DNA of 64,000 nt, from positions 37,078,001 to 37,142,000 of the forward strand of contig NC_087245.1 in NCBI RefSeq assembly GCF_037042905.1. The letters are read 5' to 3'. Each line of letters opens with the position of its first letter. Positions within the stretch are counted from its first letter, which is position 1. Source of the DNA: Lytechinus pictus (Eukaryota). The position numbers and the translations under genes are program-made. Of the stretch, positions 26,338 to 39,800 are shown in pieces. A model generated the notes under the pieces. It did not search any database and was not told where the DNA came from. It saw nothing but the letters and a program-made list of their open reading frames with translations.

Positions 26338-28844
26338 CCCCTTTCTCTGCCTCGCTCTCTCACATCAATCATAAATTTGCGCAGTCTTTTATCTTTATCT
26401 TCATATTAGCGCATTAAACGTCTTAATTCTTTTTACTCAACGATATGACGATGCACTGACTGACAGATCCCACCAATCAATATCGAAAAGAATACACACT
26501 AAACATGGTAAAGTTTGCTTGTAAAAATAAAATGCATGTACATGTATATGTTATGATTATGGATGTAAATGGGAGGGGGTGCGTTTCATGAAAGTTGTCA
26601 GCACTGACTTGTCCTCTTCAGTGAAATTCTTGGTCTTGATTGGCTGAGAGGCACTGGCCTCTGACTGTTTAACTGTCGGAGAAAGTCAACTTGTCAGAGC
26701 AGAAAACGTTCATGAAACGCTCCCCGACTGCTTATTTTATCTTATTGTATAGCGTATTGTGTTTACTCTGTTTTCGATTGCTAAAATATACTTAAACATT
26801 CCCCATCATTATGCCTCGATAACTATACTAGTATTGAATTATTTACATGTATATGAAAGGTACTGAATGTGTACTGTTTCCAGTTGGGAAAATTAATATG
26901 TATACAGACTTATTTTTAAGTATACAGGATGTAATTACTACATGTTTTCGAATTATGTGTAAATTATGGTATTCCTAATGCAACATGCAACTTTTGAAGA
27001 TCGGAGATATATTTTGTAAGAGATCTTGTATGAGTAAAGATGTAATTAATGCGATTCATATCTGTGATTGATACTCTCAATAAATTATATTTTTAAATAT
27101 CGATTTCTTAAAGTGTTTCACTCTCTATATTCTTCAGAACGCTCTAAATGCAAAGGAGCTTGTCCCTGATCACACTCCTCTCAGAGTGATATGAGGGACT
27201 AGTCCGGAAGGATTGAGATTTCAATCTTTCAAGAGTGAAATTTTACCTTAAGTGGAGTGAAAGAGTAAAAGAGATGCACACTTTCATTCCAAAAGGTGTA
27301 AAAATTCACTCTTGATAGACCTTCACTCTAAAAAGATTAAAAAATCGCTCTTGGAATGACTTGCCCCATACATATACAACATTATTGTATATTGTTATAT
27401 ACAAAGAAACAAATTACACTCTAAATATTGTATGGATTTGAAATCAATCCAGGTGAACTGTAGTCATAGACAAATCGAATTCTCGATTTAGTTTTAATCA
27501 TAAAGAAGCATTTTTTTATCTCAAAGGATTAAAATTCGGATTCCCCTGAGACTTAAAAATATTTAAGGATTAACAATAAATCCCAAATTCGATCGGTCCC
27601 TCAGTACAATTTGCCTGTATTTATTTTAAATCCCTGCAATTTATAGTGTATAATCTGTTTTTATAACTAATGATTTGCCGTCTTGGGGAAAATTCACCGG
27701 AGGATGAAAACAGACGGGTGAATTGCCTACATATTCGTAATCGTCACCAATAAATTATCAAAATCGTCTTGACTCTGTCTGTTCATCTCTCTCCCTCTCT
27801 CCCCCTCTCCTCCTTTTCTTTGGGTCTCCCCTTCTCTCTTAGGGCCTCTCTCCCCCTCTCTTTCTCCCCCTCTCCCTTTATAATATATCATCCCATCCCT
27901 CCGACTCCCCCGTAAAGTATACATAATTACAGATATATGCATATTATATAACCCGCAAGAAGCTGAAAGTACAAAATATACCACTTCGCGAAAATATAAT
28001 GTTTGTGCTATGGCGTGTTGAGTTTAATATACTAGTACTCGCAATAACATTTCTAGCTCGAATTCCCAGCATTGATAATATTGATAATAATGTTCCAATA
28101 AAATATGATTCGATATACAAAAATATAGTATGATACATGTATTATGACACCTTACATGATATATTTACTTAAAGCGATAATCTACATTAAAATAAAATCA
28201 TCGGGTAGGAAAAAAATTCATGTCCCAAGAAATTGTTTCGACAGTGGTATTTTAGATTAGAAAGTTGATACGAAGTCAACACAAATAATGATTTTTTTTT
28301 AACGAAAGTTTTCTTTAAATACTGGGAAATTGGATATCAACATAAAGGGGTATATCGCAAAATGAATTAGAAAGTTCTGATCTTATAATTATCAATGCGA
28401 TGACACAATGATCTCACGTGTATGGTTTCATCTTATCCACATTCACGGGTTATGAAAATGAAGGTAACCGCTACACATTTGAAGAATGAAAATGAACTTC
28501 GTATCTTTAGCAAATCATAATGGTAGCTTCGCTTCTCTAACGGTGCAAAGTTGCACCTTTCAAATATGAAAGGTGCACGTACAAAGATACTCCAAAACCA
28601 GAAAAGTTGCACTTTTGATATGTGTTTTCAGAGCAGCATTGGGGTGCGAGTTTTCAAAATCGTTCTTATAAAAGCGCAGTATTATTATCATTATATTTCT
28701 TCGAGCTGACCACATAGTTTCTGACTCCAGTATTTGTGCCGTTGGAGCAATTATCGTCAGAGAAATTATCGTCCGTGGTTTAGTCCTAGGGGATAATGTG
28801 GTATAGTAATAAATAAAATATATATATATATTGCTGGAGCCTAA

Positions 28845-29246
28845 AGCCCGTCTCACACTACAAGTATGCGATTCCTTTATCGGGATCCGAATTTCAAATT
28901 AATTGTGATAACATTGATATGGATATTCCAACTAATAAAATCTTACGGATCAGAGTTCAGAATAGTGGTAGGACTACTGAAATCGAAATTCAGTCCATTT
29001 AGAGCCTCCCTAAATGTATAAAAACAAATTCAATTCCAAATCGTAATGACATCATCATCTGCTGCGACTTGAAGCCGATTTGGACTTTACTCCGACCATA
29101 GGGCTTGCCACAAAGTAAAATGTTATTTTAGTTTTCCTAACATTATGCCAAACTTTAAATAAAATAATTTTACTTCTTGGAACTTTCAAAATGCGATTTC
29201 TTGAAAAATCGCGTCGCACCAGATCGCATAGCATGTGACACGGGCT
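28845..29246. mobile_element. PIF/Harbinger-type MITE
   Basis: taa-AGCCCGTCTCACAC...GTGACACGGGCT-tta (TWA flanks). Confidence 0.7.
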
Positions 29247-30309
29247 TTATGTCAAAAAAAATCCCTAAGTTGAAAACGATCGACATTGACTAATGGTATT
29301 GCAATAATGTAATTCATTTGGATATAAATTTTGGCTTTTAGATCAATTGAACAATGATCATTCCTGTTACTGTTTTAATGTTTACTGTTTGCCCGAGTTT
29401 TGACAGTATCGATACACATGAGAAATTATTATCTTACTGATGAACATGTGGATCATTAAGAATATATATTTTGACGATTGCAATTCATGATGGTGACGAA
29501 ATTCAGCATTTGGTAATTTATGCATAGATACAGAGCATCCTCCAGGATCAGAATTGATAAATTATTTGTCATCATACCTATGCAGGCCTATTCAAATCTA
29601 ACAGATGTTAATTATATCCATATTTTCGTTAGACTCGTCACTAAATATACTATTCTATTATAACATTTGATTTGGTAATGAAAAACTATTTAAAAAGAAA
29701 TAATTGTTTTGCATAGTAAGTAGAAAAATAAAACGCATTTGAAATACACACTATAATACTAGTTGAGTTGCATAGATTATCTTAAGCATTAGATTAATAT
29801 AGTAATCGCTTGTGAATAATTTATTTATTTTACATTTGCTTATTTTACATTTTGTTTGTTTCTCTAATTCTTCGGTAACGTATGTGCGGTAGAGTGCACC
29901 ACATATTAGTTTAAGAATTTCCACAACTTTCTACTTTCATTGAGAGAAAAACAAAAACATAAAAGACGAGCACAGTCTTCTATAACTTTTATAAATAATA
30001 TGTTCACTCCTCATATTACCCTTGACATAAAAATATTGTATATTCTGAAGAAAAAAATGTATATAGAAATAATACTTTGAAATAACAATAAACCATTCTC
30101 CCAAATATTTATAGTTCTGAAATTTATTTTGAATTTCATATCATAATTCACAAACAAGGCAAGAAAGAGATGAGAAAAATTATCTTGGGAAATTTCCCGT
30201 TGCTATAGAAACGTCATGCATTCCACCTTTTACTGTTTTCGAAAGGAGATTTTCCCCGAAATAATTCAAGGGTTAGGAGTTTCAATTTGTATGTTATCAT
30301 GTACCAGCT

Positions 30310-33300
30310 TCAAACCTCATTGACTTGAAACTCCAGAGGGCGAGCGGAAAATGCAGGCAGGTAACCGAATTGATCAGTGCGTGGAACGTAGACCCACATC
30401 CAGTCGTTTTCCCGCTGCATAGCAGAGTTTACAACCACAATCTCCCCACGCTGTGCTTCAACTTCGTCCACTTCGCCTGGGGTATAAGCCTGCGTGGTGA
30501 CGTATACTTCTGTGACACTGGGTGACGTCTGCGTGAAAGAAATGACATCACAAATATGATGCGATGATATATTTCTATATATAAATATACAGTGCGTCCC
30601 ACAAAAAAGAAACCCGTTTTCAGAGATGATTTCACAATTATTAAACATAGTTTTGCTATGAATTTGATACTTATGGTAAGAGTGGGTATCATTATTGATT
30701 TGAGACCAACAGCTTAGGAAATCATTCATGCATGGCAGATTAAAAACAATAATTGTTGAGGCCTCTCAAAAACGATTTACGCAGAAAAAACGTGCTAATC
30801 TGAATCCACTCTCATTTCAGGGATCAGTGAGAGAAATATAAACTTAACAAAGAATACAAAAGAAATGCTAATGAGCCAATCGTCGAATAAGCACGGTTGT
30901 TGTATCACGAACCAATAGTGTCCAATTTCTCTGCACCGAACCTGATTGTGACATTGAAATTTAAAATTTGTCTTGCTCATTAATGCATATTAGGTAACAA
31001 AATGTAGAGGAATCATTGATTTTTATGATGATGTAAATGAAATATCAGAATTAATTTGTATTTGAAGAAAAAAGATGTTGGAATCCCGGTTTCCCTTCTG
31101 TGACGCACTGTATAATCATAATTTTATGATCCTTTCCATTGAATTATTCATAGAGACATGATACAGGTCATCGCACGTGTTAGAAAATTCAAGAGATATC
31201 TACAAATACATAGAACGAAATTCCAGTAAAATGACCAAAAACATATTTCGTGAAGTAGGGCTGATACCAATGGAATTTTGAAGTTGGGTGAAATCACTTA
31301 CCATTCTGTGGCCGTGCGGCCTGGGAAGCGATGAATACCCGGTTGGGATTCGACGAACCGAACTTTTATTCACTTCAGTTCGCAATGCTCTGGGGTCATT
31401 CTGGGGGAAGCTTCCGGCCTGGATGTCTGTAAATCAGACCAAAAACAAAGAAGGAACTGTCCAAGTACAAGTCAGTCTTGTTTACCCATATTTCATCTTG
31501 GCTTTAACAACATGATAGACAGTATATTCATAAAGCAATTTAGCGTCCCTAAAGGGTTTGTTAGAGCATTTGTCCCAAGGGCATAGCCAATTTTGCTTCT
31601 GAATGAAAAGAGAAACAATACAAACTCATCTGAAGGGACAAGGACCCATCATCCCCTTTAATTAGTTATACGTCATGTAACAAAATTATTTAACTATTTC
31701 TGACATGTATCAAATATACTTCAAATGAAAATTCAATGTCTCATGTCCGTACAAGCATTCTTGTTAAAGGTGTTTCACCTTGTTCCCTTAAACGGTTGGC
31801 CACGGTAGCATGGATTGACATAATATCTCCTGGAGAATGTGTACAAAGCAAGGGAGGGAAGAGTTCTCAATCGAACCTTTGGTTTGTACGGCCCTGACTC
31901 TGTCACAAAATCTATGTTAATTTTAGTAGGGACTATAGTTTCGGACGACAGTTTCAAAAATAAAAACTCTTACCTTGTTCAGCTCTCCTGGCTCCTTTGA
32001 TCCACCTCACTCCGGCGTTGCCAACTTGTTCTCTGTCCCAAGATACAGGCTGTTGAGGGATCTTCTGCTCTCGAGGGCCATTCGCAGATGTGTGAATGTG
32101 ACCGCCTGCATAGTGTCTTCGGGCAATGCTCTTCGAGTTTTTATTCCAGTCCTCAATGATCTTTTGAACACGGCTCATTTCATCCTTGACACACGGGTCA
32201 CCGGGCAAAGTTTTCCCAGACTCGGAACTCCTATCCTTTGCCTTTACCACACTATTTTTCTTTGCTGACGACTCACATTGATCTTGTACCAACATCGCCT
32301 CCAAGATATCATCTTCTTCTACTGTTCGGCGGATCTTACGGTTCTGCTTCTGGGAAAGCTTTGTCTCGACCGCGCGAACATTCGTAGTGGAGCGACGTTG
32401 TGGTGTCTTTGGGGGACTCCGACTAGCCACCGTTGATGTGGCTGGCAGGGAACGTCTGTAATCTATATGAGATGACTTCTTCGACTTAAAGTCGATGTCC
32501 TTATTTTGAGTCTTCGGCATCGATGGAACATCCGGTACTTCCCTTGAACTTTCCTCTGTGCTGTTTGTCCTCACAATTCGAGCTTTTCTGACTGCATTGT
32601 CTGCAAAAGAGGGAGATTCTACCAATCTCCGTTCCGAGTCTTTAGTAACGTAATAAATTCCCTCGTTTCGATTCCGACGATTGATATTTCGAACACCAGC
32701 GTTCCTGCCTATGAAATCGTTAGAACTACCACCTTGCCTCTCAACCGGTTTGCTCTGTTTAATAGTTCTTGATGGCGGGTTCTGATGGGAGGGATTGATT
32801 TGAGCACCTCTCGACAAAATGGCGGCACACTCTTCACCCTCGGTCGAGTGACTATTGGTAGCGCTTTCCCACGAGGATGTACTTGACCTGGTTTCTTTCT
32901 CATGGACAGCATCTCTTTCAACAGTTTCTTTTATTCCCAACATATAACTTTTCAGAATACCTTGGACATTTTGTTTATCGCGAGTTGAGCGAGGCGTCAT
33001 CCGAGGAGATTGACTCACGATGGGCAAATCAGCAAAGAGGTCAGGTTTTGAAGACAGCTTGGAAACTGCTATCTGTCCGTCTAACCTTCGTCCGTCATGA
33101 TGAAATATATCACTTTGCTTGGCGCCACTGGTAATGACTGAAGACATTCCTGGACGGCTGCCACCTCCTGACACACTCCTCATTCTTCTTTGTTCAGCCG
33201 TGGATTTAGCCGGTGAATTCGACCAAACACTTTCGTAATCGTGAATGCTTTCATTCATCTTCTTTGACCCATCTTTTGGAGGACTATTCGTCATTATACC

Positions 33301-36300
33301 AGCAATGTATTCTAGATTCACATAGGTATGTTCGTTTGGTTTGTCCAGTGCATTTACCACACTTTCCCGTGAAGAGGAATTAGGTTTCGTTTTACGGCTG
33401 TTCGATATTCTACGACTTCTTCGGGAGCGTCTCTCTCGTGCAGATGCGCGCTTTGGTATCTTGTAGAATGCACTCTGATTGGGCATTTTAGACGAAGGTT
33501 TCTGTGCTGGAGAACTATCAATGTTCGTAAGGTCACCAAGCACGGATCTCTGATCCTTTGACGTGTGCTCGTCTGTGAATTTATGTTTGACATGTGATTG
33601 AGGTTGAGTCACACCATCTTTAGAATTCACGATCTTACTAACCTTCTTTTCATTTTTTTCATCGACATTTTGAAGACGCATGCCATTAGAACGGTTAGGT
33701 GAGAATGGCTGATGCGGACTTTCATTTGTCGGGAGACTGTGTAGGCTGATGATGTCAATCTGATCAAAGTCTACTTCATCAAGTGTTGGAAGATATCTCC
33801 TTTGCCTCACCCATGATGGAATAACACCAGTGACTTCTTTACTACTCTTATTTTGTAACCCTGACCAGTCGTGTAGTGATGCCGTCGTAGTGTCGATTAC
33901 CCTTGACCTGTTTGCTGACTTTCCTCCCGGGGAACTGGTGGTGAGATGAGAGAACTTGGCACTCATGAAAGTCTCCTCGAAGAATACGATAGATGCGAGC
34001 GTTCCATCAGGATTTAGAGTGTCATTATAACTCTTTTCCGCTCTCATTGGATGGAGGATGTCGACATCTTCTGTCGAGTGATTGGCATCCTCTCCGTCTT
34101 TGGTAACATCTATCAACAAACAAATGGATATGAATTGAACACCTTCAGTGATGTTGGAAGGTTAATTATGAGAAACTTACGCAAAGAATGGGTTGCCTAA
34201 ATACTTGAAAGCAGGATCGGTTCGACTAAAGATTTTGAGAAGACTTCGTATAGAGATTCATCATGTTAATCTTGGCAATTTTAATCAACATCAACAATAC
34301 ATTCACAGGTATTCAGAGAATAATGATCGCAACGATGACCAGTCAGTACTCATTTATTCTGTGAAAATCTGCCTATTACAGGAGGCACCCAGAAGGCCAG
34401 AAGACATACATTTTTTTTGTTTTTGAATAATATTTTATTTTCTTCCTCTTTCAAATCAATAAGTTTACAATCACAATTCATATAAATAAAGATTCTTTGC
34501 ATGTATACAATAAATAAACAATCAAACAAATGAATATATCAACGATTGTAGAATGCTCTGAACAGCGCCCTCTACGTACTAACTTGATGAAAGACCAAAC
34601 AGATTCCTATTATTGTTTACATACCCTGGCCGATGACGACATTCCCATCGGTATAGTAGTCGGTGGGAGACCGAATTTCAGCGAGTTTCTTTTCTTGGGC
34701 AGAGGAAATCTTTGGCGTTGTGGTAGTAGTGGTGGTGGTGGACGAAACCCTTTCTTTCTTCTCCGGCCCGAGATACACGCCTCCTGCACTGCCAGGGGAC
34801 ATGGGAGGGCCGGTATCTACCTGTTTTTGGGTGAAGGTGTGGGCCAGCGTGCCCTTGGCCTTGACAGGTCGGGAACCAGATGAATGGCGGGACTTTGACC
34901 GTTGACCTCCTGAGAAAGAAAATTTGTAAGACATAAAACAATGAATGGTTGAATACATTCAGACGATTATCAACTTTGATAAAATGCAGTAATGTACATA
35001 AACGAGGTATGGTATATGAGTACAACATGATTATGGAGTGATTACTAACTAACATTATGAGAAGGTGAATCCATTTATGACCAACACTTCAAATCTTTAT
35101 GATCCTTCCTTTTATTTGTTCAAGACTATTATTTCAAAAAAAAAAATCGATATTTGTTCATTCGGAATATTGTAATAGGACGAGAGTGTACCCGCTAGTC
35201 ATGACTATTATACATATTACAGTATCAGAATACTTTCAAATAAACTATTTCCCCATCTTATATGAGAATACACGTCCGTTGTTGACCAGTTATATCAACG
35301 AGAACCATATTGCTGACAAGGTTAATCTCCCTCTCCATTGAGTCCCAAAATATAGGCCGAAAGCATACCAGTTTTCATCTCCTTAATTCAAACATTCTAT
35401 ATACAAAAGGTACTTATCATGAAACTTAAGTGACACTTTGCGCCCAGCTGACTCTTTTGTGAAGTACGTGTCTACTTAATCTGCGAACAATTTATTTTCG
35501 TCGCCGTTGGTTTAAATACGTCCAACGCAGGATTAATGTCCGAGGCAGCTTTCTGAAAGGTGTCCCATTGACCGAGTATACAACATTGGACCATTGGACG
35601 CCCAATCAAGCTAAAGATTGTCCTTTGTAGTCCCATTAGCCTATATTCAGAAACTCGCATTATTAATCCCACAACCCTTCTAGAGATATAGCTCTAAAGT
35701 TAAAGCTTGATAGACCATTGCGGTGTGATCCAATCAGGTACAATGCTCTCTGCGGCCGGGTGGCTCCAAGATTTTTGAAACACGGACGGGGAGCCAAGGA
35801 GCCAAGGATTCTAACTGGGCGGCAGTGCCCAAATTCTCCCATGATTTAAACTTTTTTAGTGTTATGCAAGGCGGCAGCGTAAGGATCGAGACTTTTTTTC
35901 AATATTGGAAAGTGAAATTCTGGAGCACTTTTTGACTTGAATATGATACGCTTGCATAAATAGAAATTATATACTATTCACTAATTGTTTTGTTTGGTCT
36001 TCAAAAGTTCTAGGGCGGCCAGGTATGGATGCATTGTCCCCACCCACACTGGTCCCACCACTGGCTTCTTGGCGCGAAAAAGATACACATACATACATAC
36101 ACTCTAAATTCCAAGGCTTTAAAAACACATCAAATTTGACTGTGAATAGTGACGAGCCGAATATTGGATTGAAGGGTTAGCTTTAAATCTAAAAAAAAAT
36201 CGGAATAATTCAAACCTTCTGGCTTTAAATTCAAATCCCCAATAGGTTTTATCTAAATGTAACATTCGACTGGTATATTATTTACATGCAACCAATCGGG

Positions 36301-36800
36301 GTCTATTTTGAATCCTTGAAATTCATATACGCCTATACGCAACTGCGTATCATGAAGCTTCAAGGAACATTCAGGATTTAAGACTATTGGAAGGAATGTA
36401 TGGTTGCAAATATATACTTTTTTATTCCAATTAAATCCTAATTTTACAGGATAGCTGGCCAATTTATTGGTATAAGGTGGTGACTTTGTATTTTCACAGT
36501 TCTTCAATGTTTAGTTTGTACATATTATGTCATTAAAATGGCAATTGGTATTGTAACATTTATATTTTTTTGGAAGCAAATATTATTACAAATCGTCAAT
36601 GAAAAATATCCCTAATCAATTATCGACCGTTTATTGCTAAAGATACATTCAAAGTCTTTTAATCTTTAAAGTCTTTAAAAGTTGGAAATCCGTCATGTCC
36701 GTAGTTTATAACAAAATAGAAACATAATGAGATAATTACCATGACGAGTGTGTTTTCCAAGTTTCCAAAGAGACCCCGCACCGGGGCACAAAATGGGCAT
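30310..36800 (-). CDS. Uncharacterised ~958-aa protein: long S/R/K-rich disordered region plus C-terminal SH3 domain
   Basis: Exons in minus-strand order: 36800-36740 (MPILCPGAGSLWKLGKHTRH), 34909-34625, 34109-31974 (the 721-aa ORF), 31829-31779, 31426-31302, 30528-30310. All are GT-AG with consistent phases and total 2877 nt. The last exon encodes the SH3-like YVTTQAYTPGEVDEVEAQRGEIVVV...ENDWMWVYVPRTDQFGYLPA. The first coding exon and the 51-nt exon are less certain. A likely non-coding exon donor lies at 39184. Confidence 0.8.
30590..31110. mobile_element. Tc1/mariner-type MITE in last intron of the SH3 gene
   Basis: ta-CAGTGCGTCCCACAAAAAAGAAACC...GGTTTCCCTTCTGTGACGCACTG-ta. Confidence 0.75.
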
Positions 36801-39800
36801 CTTGTTCCGAGTGGCCCTTCTCCTAGCACCATAGAGTAAGTGAGGAAATCATGAAGGGGTTCAGGTCCCACACTCCGAATACATCTGCAAGAAACTGGAA
36901 TTTAAGGAAAGAGACCATATTCAGTTCATTCATGGTTTTTGTTTTTAATTTTTATTTCATATTTTCATTTTTTTATCGAAATCGTAATCATGAACTCCTC
37001 ATCTGGTTGCTCTCTCCTGTGTTCTTCCCGGTTCTTCCTCCGCTAAGGTCGGAGATCAACGGCACCGTTGGAAGGACAGTAATTCATTGAAGGCTCTAAT
37101 TGCAATCATGAAAAAGTACTGAGTAAGTTTTGGCGAGTTGTGTGGAGGTTGCGTGAGAAGTATAGAATAAGCGTATAATTGGGCCCCGGAATTGGGCTTT
37201 TGTGTTGTTGCCGATACGCCCAGGAGGTAGAAAAAGGTCCGACTCTACAAAAAGAGCAGGGGTGGATTGCGCTAAACTCCGTATGAGTTATCTTTTGCAA
37301 CTTCACCTATCTGCCTATTATACTGTTTACTGATGCAGTTTGATAGCATTGTCTACTACTCTACTCAATATCTTATGACATTTGCGTTATATAAAACAGT
37401 ATTCCTGAATAACCGACCCTTAATCGTAGTCCGACACCTTTGTCCTATATATTTTCCCATGGCTTTATTACTTAATTAATTAAGGTTTTTTTATGAAGAG
37501 AGTAAGGAGAAAACGGAAGAATTATGTTGTAAAACAATATTTTTTATGACAAACTGGTTAGAAAAAAGAGTAGTTGTTTTAACAGTGTTCCATTTACCTT
37601 CATCCTGACAACAGGTTGATCTGTTGAATTGGCACAGGTCTAGGGTAAAACCATGAAATCCACAATACAATATCATAAAGTTTATCCTCAGCCAAACACA
37701 CCGCGAAAGATAGAAGATGAATAATTTGATCTACAAATGAATGCTGTATCATAATCTAGAATAACGATGATCTTGATCACTGCAACGGTGTGATCAAGTT
37801 TTTTTTTTAAACATTTACAAATCAAAATATATAAGCAAAATTAGATGTTGTAACGAGCAAGATGGCAAAGTTCGATTCGCTCGTGTCAATGATGCACAAA
37901 TTTAGGTCATTTGAATAGAGGGCTCAACAAAGATAAATCAATATACCAAAATACAAAGAAATAAAATGGTGAAGGCACAAAGAAGAAGGCCATTTCTAAA
38001 GAAATCACCGTTTCTTATTACGCTTGGTATACTCTATTGAATACAATTGCTTTGCTATCTATCCGCAGTGGATGTCGATTGATTCACATTGTTTGCTATT
38101 CATCATGTCATAGCGTGCATGTACAGAATACATACAGGCCTAATGAGTCATTAGACATTACATTAAAATCGACCCGACATGACAGCGATTTTCAATTCAA
38201 TTATCGATTCAAGTCAATTTAAATTCATATATATATATTTTTAATGTTATGCCTTTGTATGAACAGTTCTTGAACAAACGGAGGGACGAAAAAGAAAATT
38301 ATTCATAAACCATTAATAGAAGATAAAATCAGAATACCAGAAAGTTGCTGTAATGATTAGTAGATGACGAGGTCCACGAATGTGTAAAACACATTGGATT
38401 TGGAGGGGCATTATGCCAAGGTATTCTGCTTAAACTAAAAGAACAAAATTCATCGACGGAATCACCATCATGACCCATCCATAATCACCGTCATCGACGT
38501 CATCATCACCCTCATCATCACTATCGTCACCGCAATCTTCGTCATAACCATAGTCATCATCATCATCATAACCATCGTCATCAGCACATCATTCATCCTC
38601 ATTCTACCATCATTCCCATCGCCATCACCATCGTCATCATTATGAAAGCATGCCGCTGCGTCGCGTCACAAATCGAGACTTTTTCGTCGTGATCTATCAA
38701 TACTATTACATGCATATATAATATTACGGCTATTTGCAAAAAAAAAACATAAACAAGAAGGGAGATCGAAGACAAGAAAATCAAAAAGATTAATTTTCAA
38801 TCCGGAAACATTATAGCCCCCGCGGTCCCGCGAGCCCCCGGCACCCATCTTCTGATCACCATCATCTGCTTCTTCTTCCTCCGTTAGCTTCAGAGATCAG
38901 CAGAGAGATCATGTACACATAGTACATGTAGTATATGTATTGTAACTGTAAGGGAGGTGCAGTCAGAGAAGGTTAGCAGAGAGGATTAGGATTCACGTGT
39001 AGATGACCTTAACATATGGATCATATTATTTCAGCATGCAATGAAATATGAAAAATCATGAAATAAGTATAACCTACAAATCACTTCCTTAATGATTGAA
39101 CCTTTCCTCATTATCGCTGTCCAAACCATTGCAATTCAGATGGTGATGTCCAAATATGATGAAATTACATGCTATAAATCTTACCTGTTGAAAATTGATT
39201 TGCTGTCCGGTGTCAAGTGGTCATTATCCCCTCATCTAAAAACCGCAAGGCATGCGTGTATATACGTTTGAAGATTTGTTCTCCTCACACTCACACAAAT
39301 ACCCGCGACCAATTCAATTTCCAAACGTCAAGTTTAAACAGTTAAGCTCCCAGCCAGACTCCTCCCCAAACACGAACGGTTCTCAAAATAAGAGTGAATT
39401 TGAATAAAACACGCATGTGGGAGGCGGCGATGATTTACATGCACAAAATGTGACCCTCTAAACAACTGCAGAGAGGCTAACTCAAACAACGGCAGCGGTG
39501 GGATAACTGAAGCCAACGAAGATTGCATACCGATGCATAAAAAAAGGCTTTACCAATAACAAGGACACTGCTTTGAATAGGGTAAGCGGGGTCAAACGAA
39601 TCTGAGCGAGACTCGGATTTACAGTGTATAATCTCGTGTATTTTCGAATCGTCAACAATATTCAAACTATCAGGAAATATGTTTCTATATTTCTATATCC
39701 TTTATCTCTCATTATATCAGTTTTACTTGGAAACGTTAGAAAATCCTTAGTATTAATTTCAGGAACCCTTTACAACAGAAGGGTCTGGACTTGTAGACCA

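Noticed and set aside
31775..31957. 60-aa ORF as an exon of the SH3 gene using acceptor 31899
   Set aside because: A 121-nt exon would frameshift into a stop in the next exon. The 51-nt exon in a different frame fits the phases.
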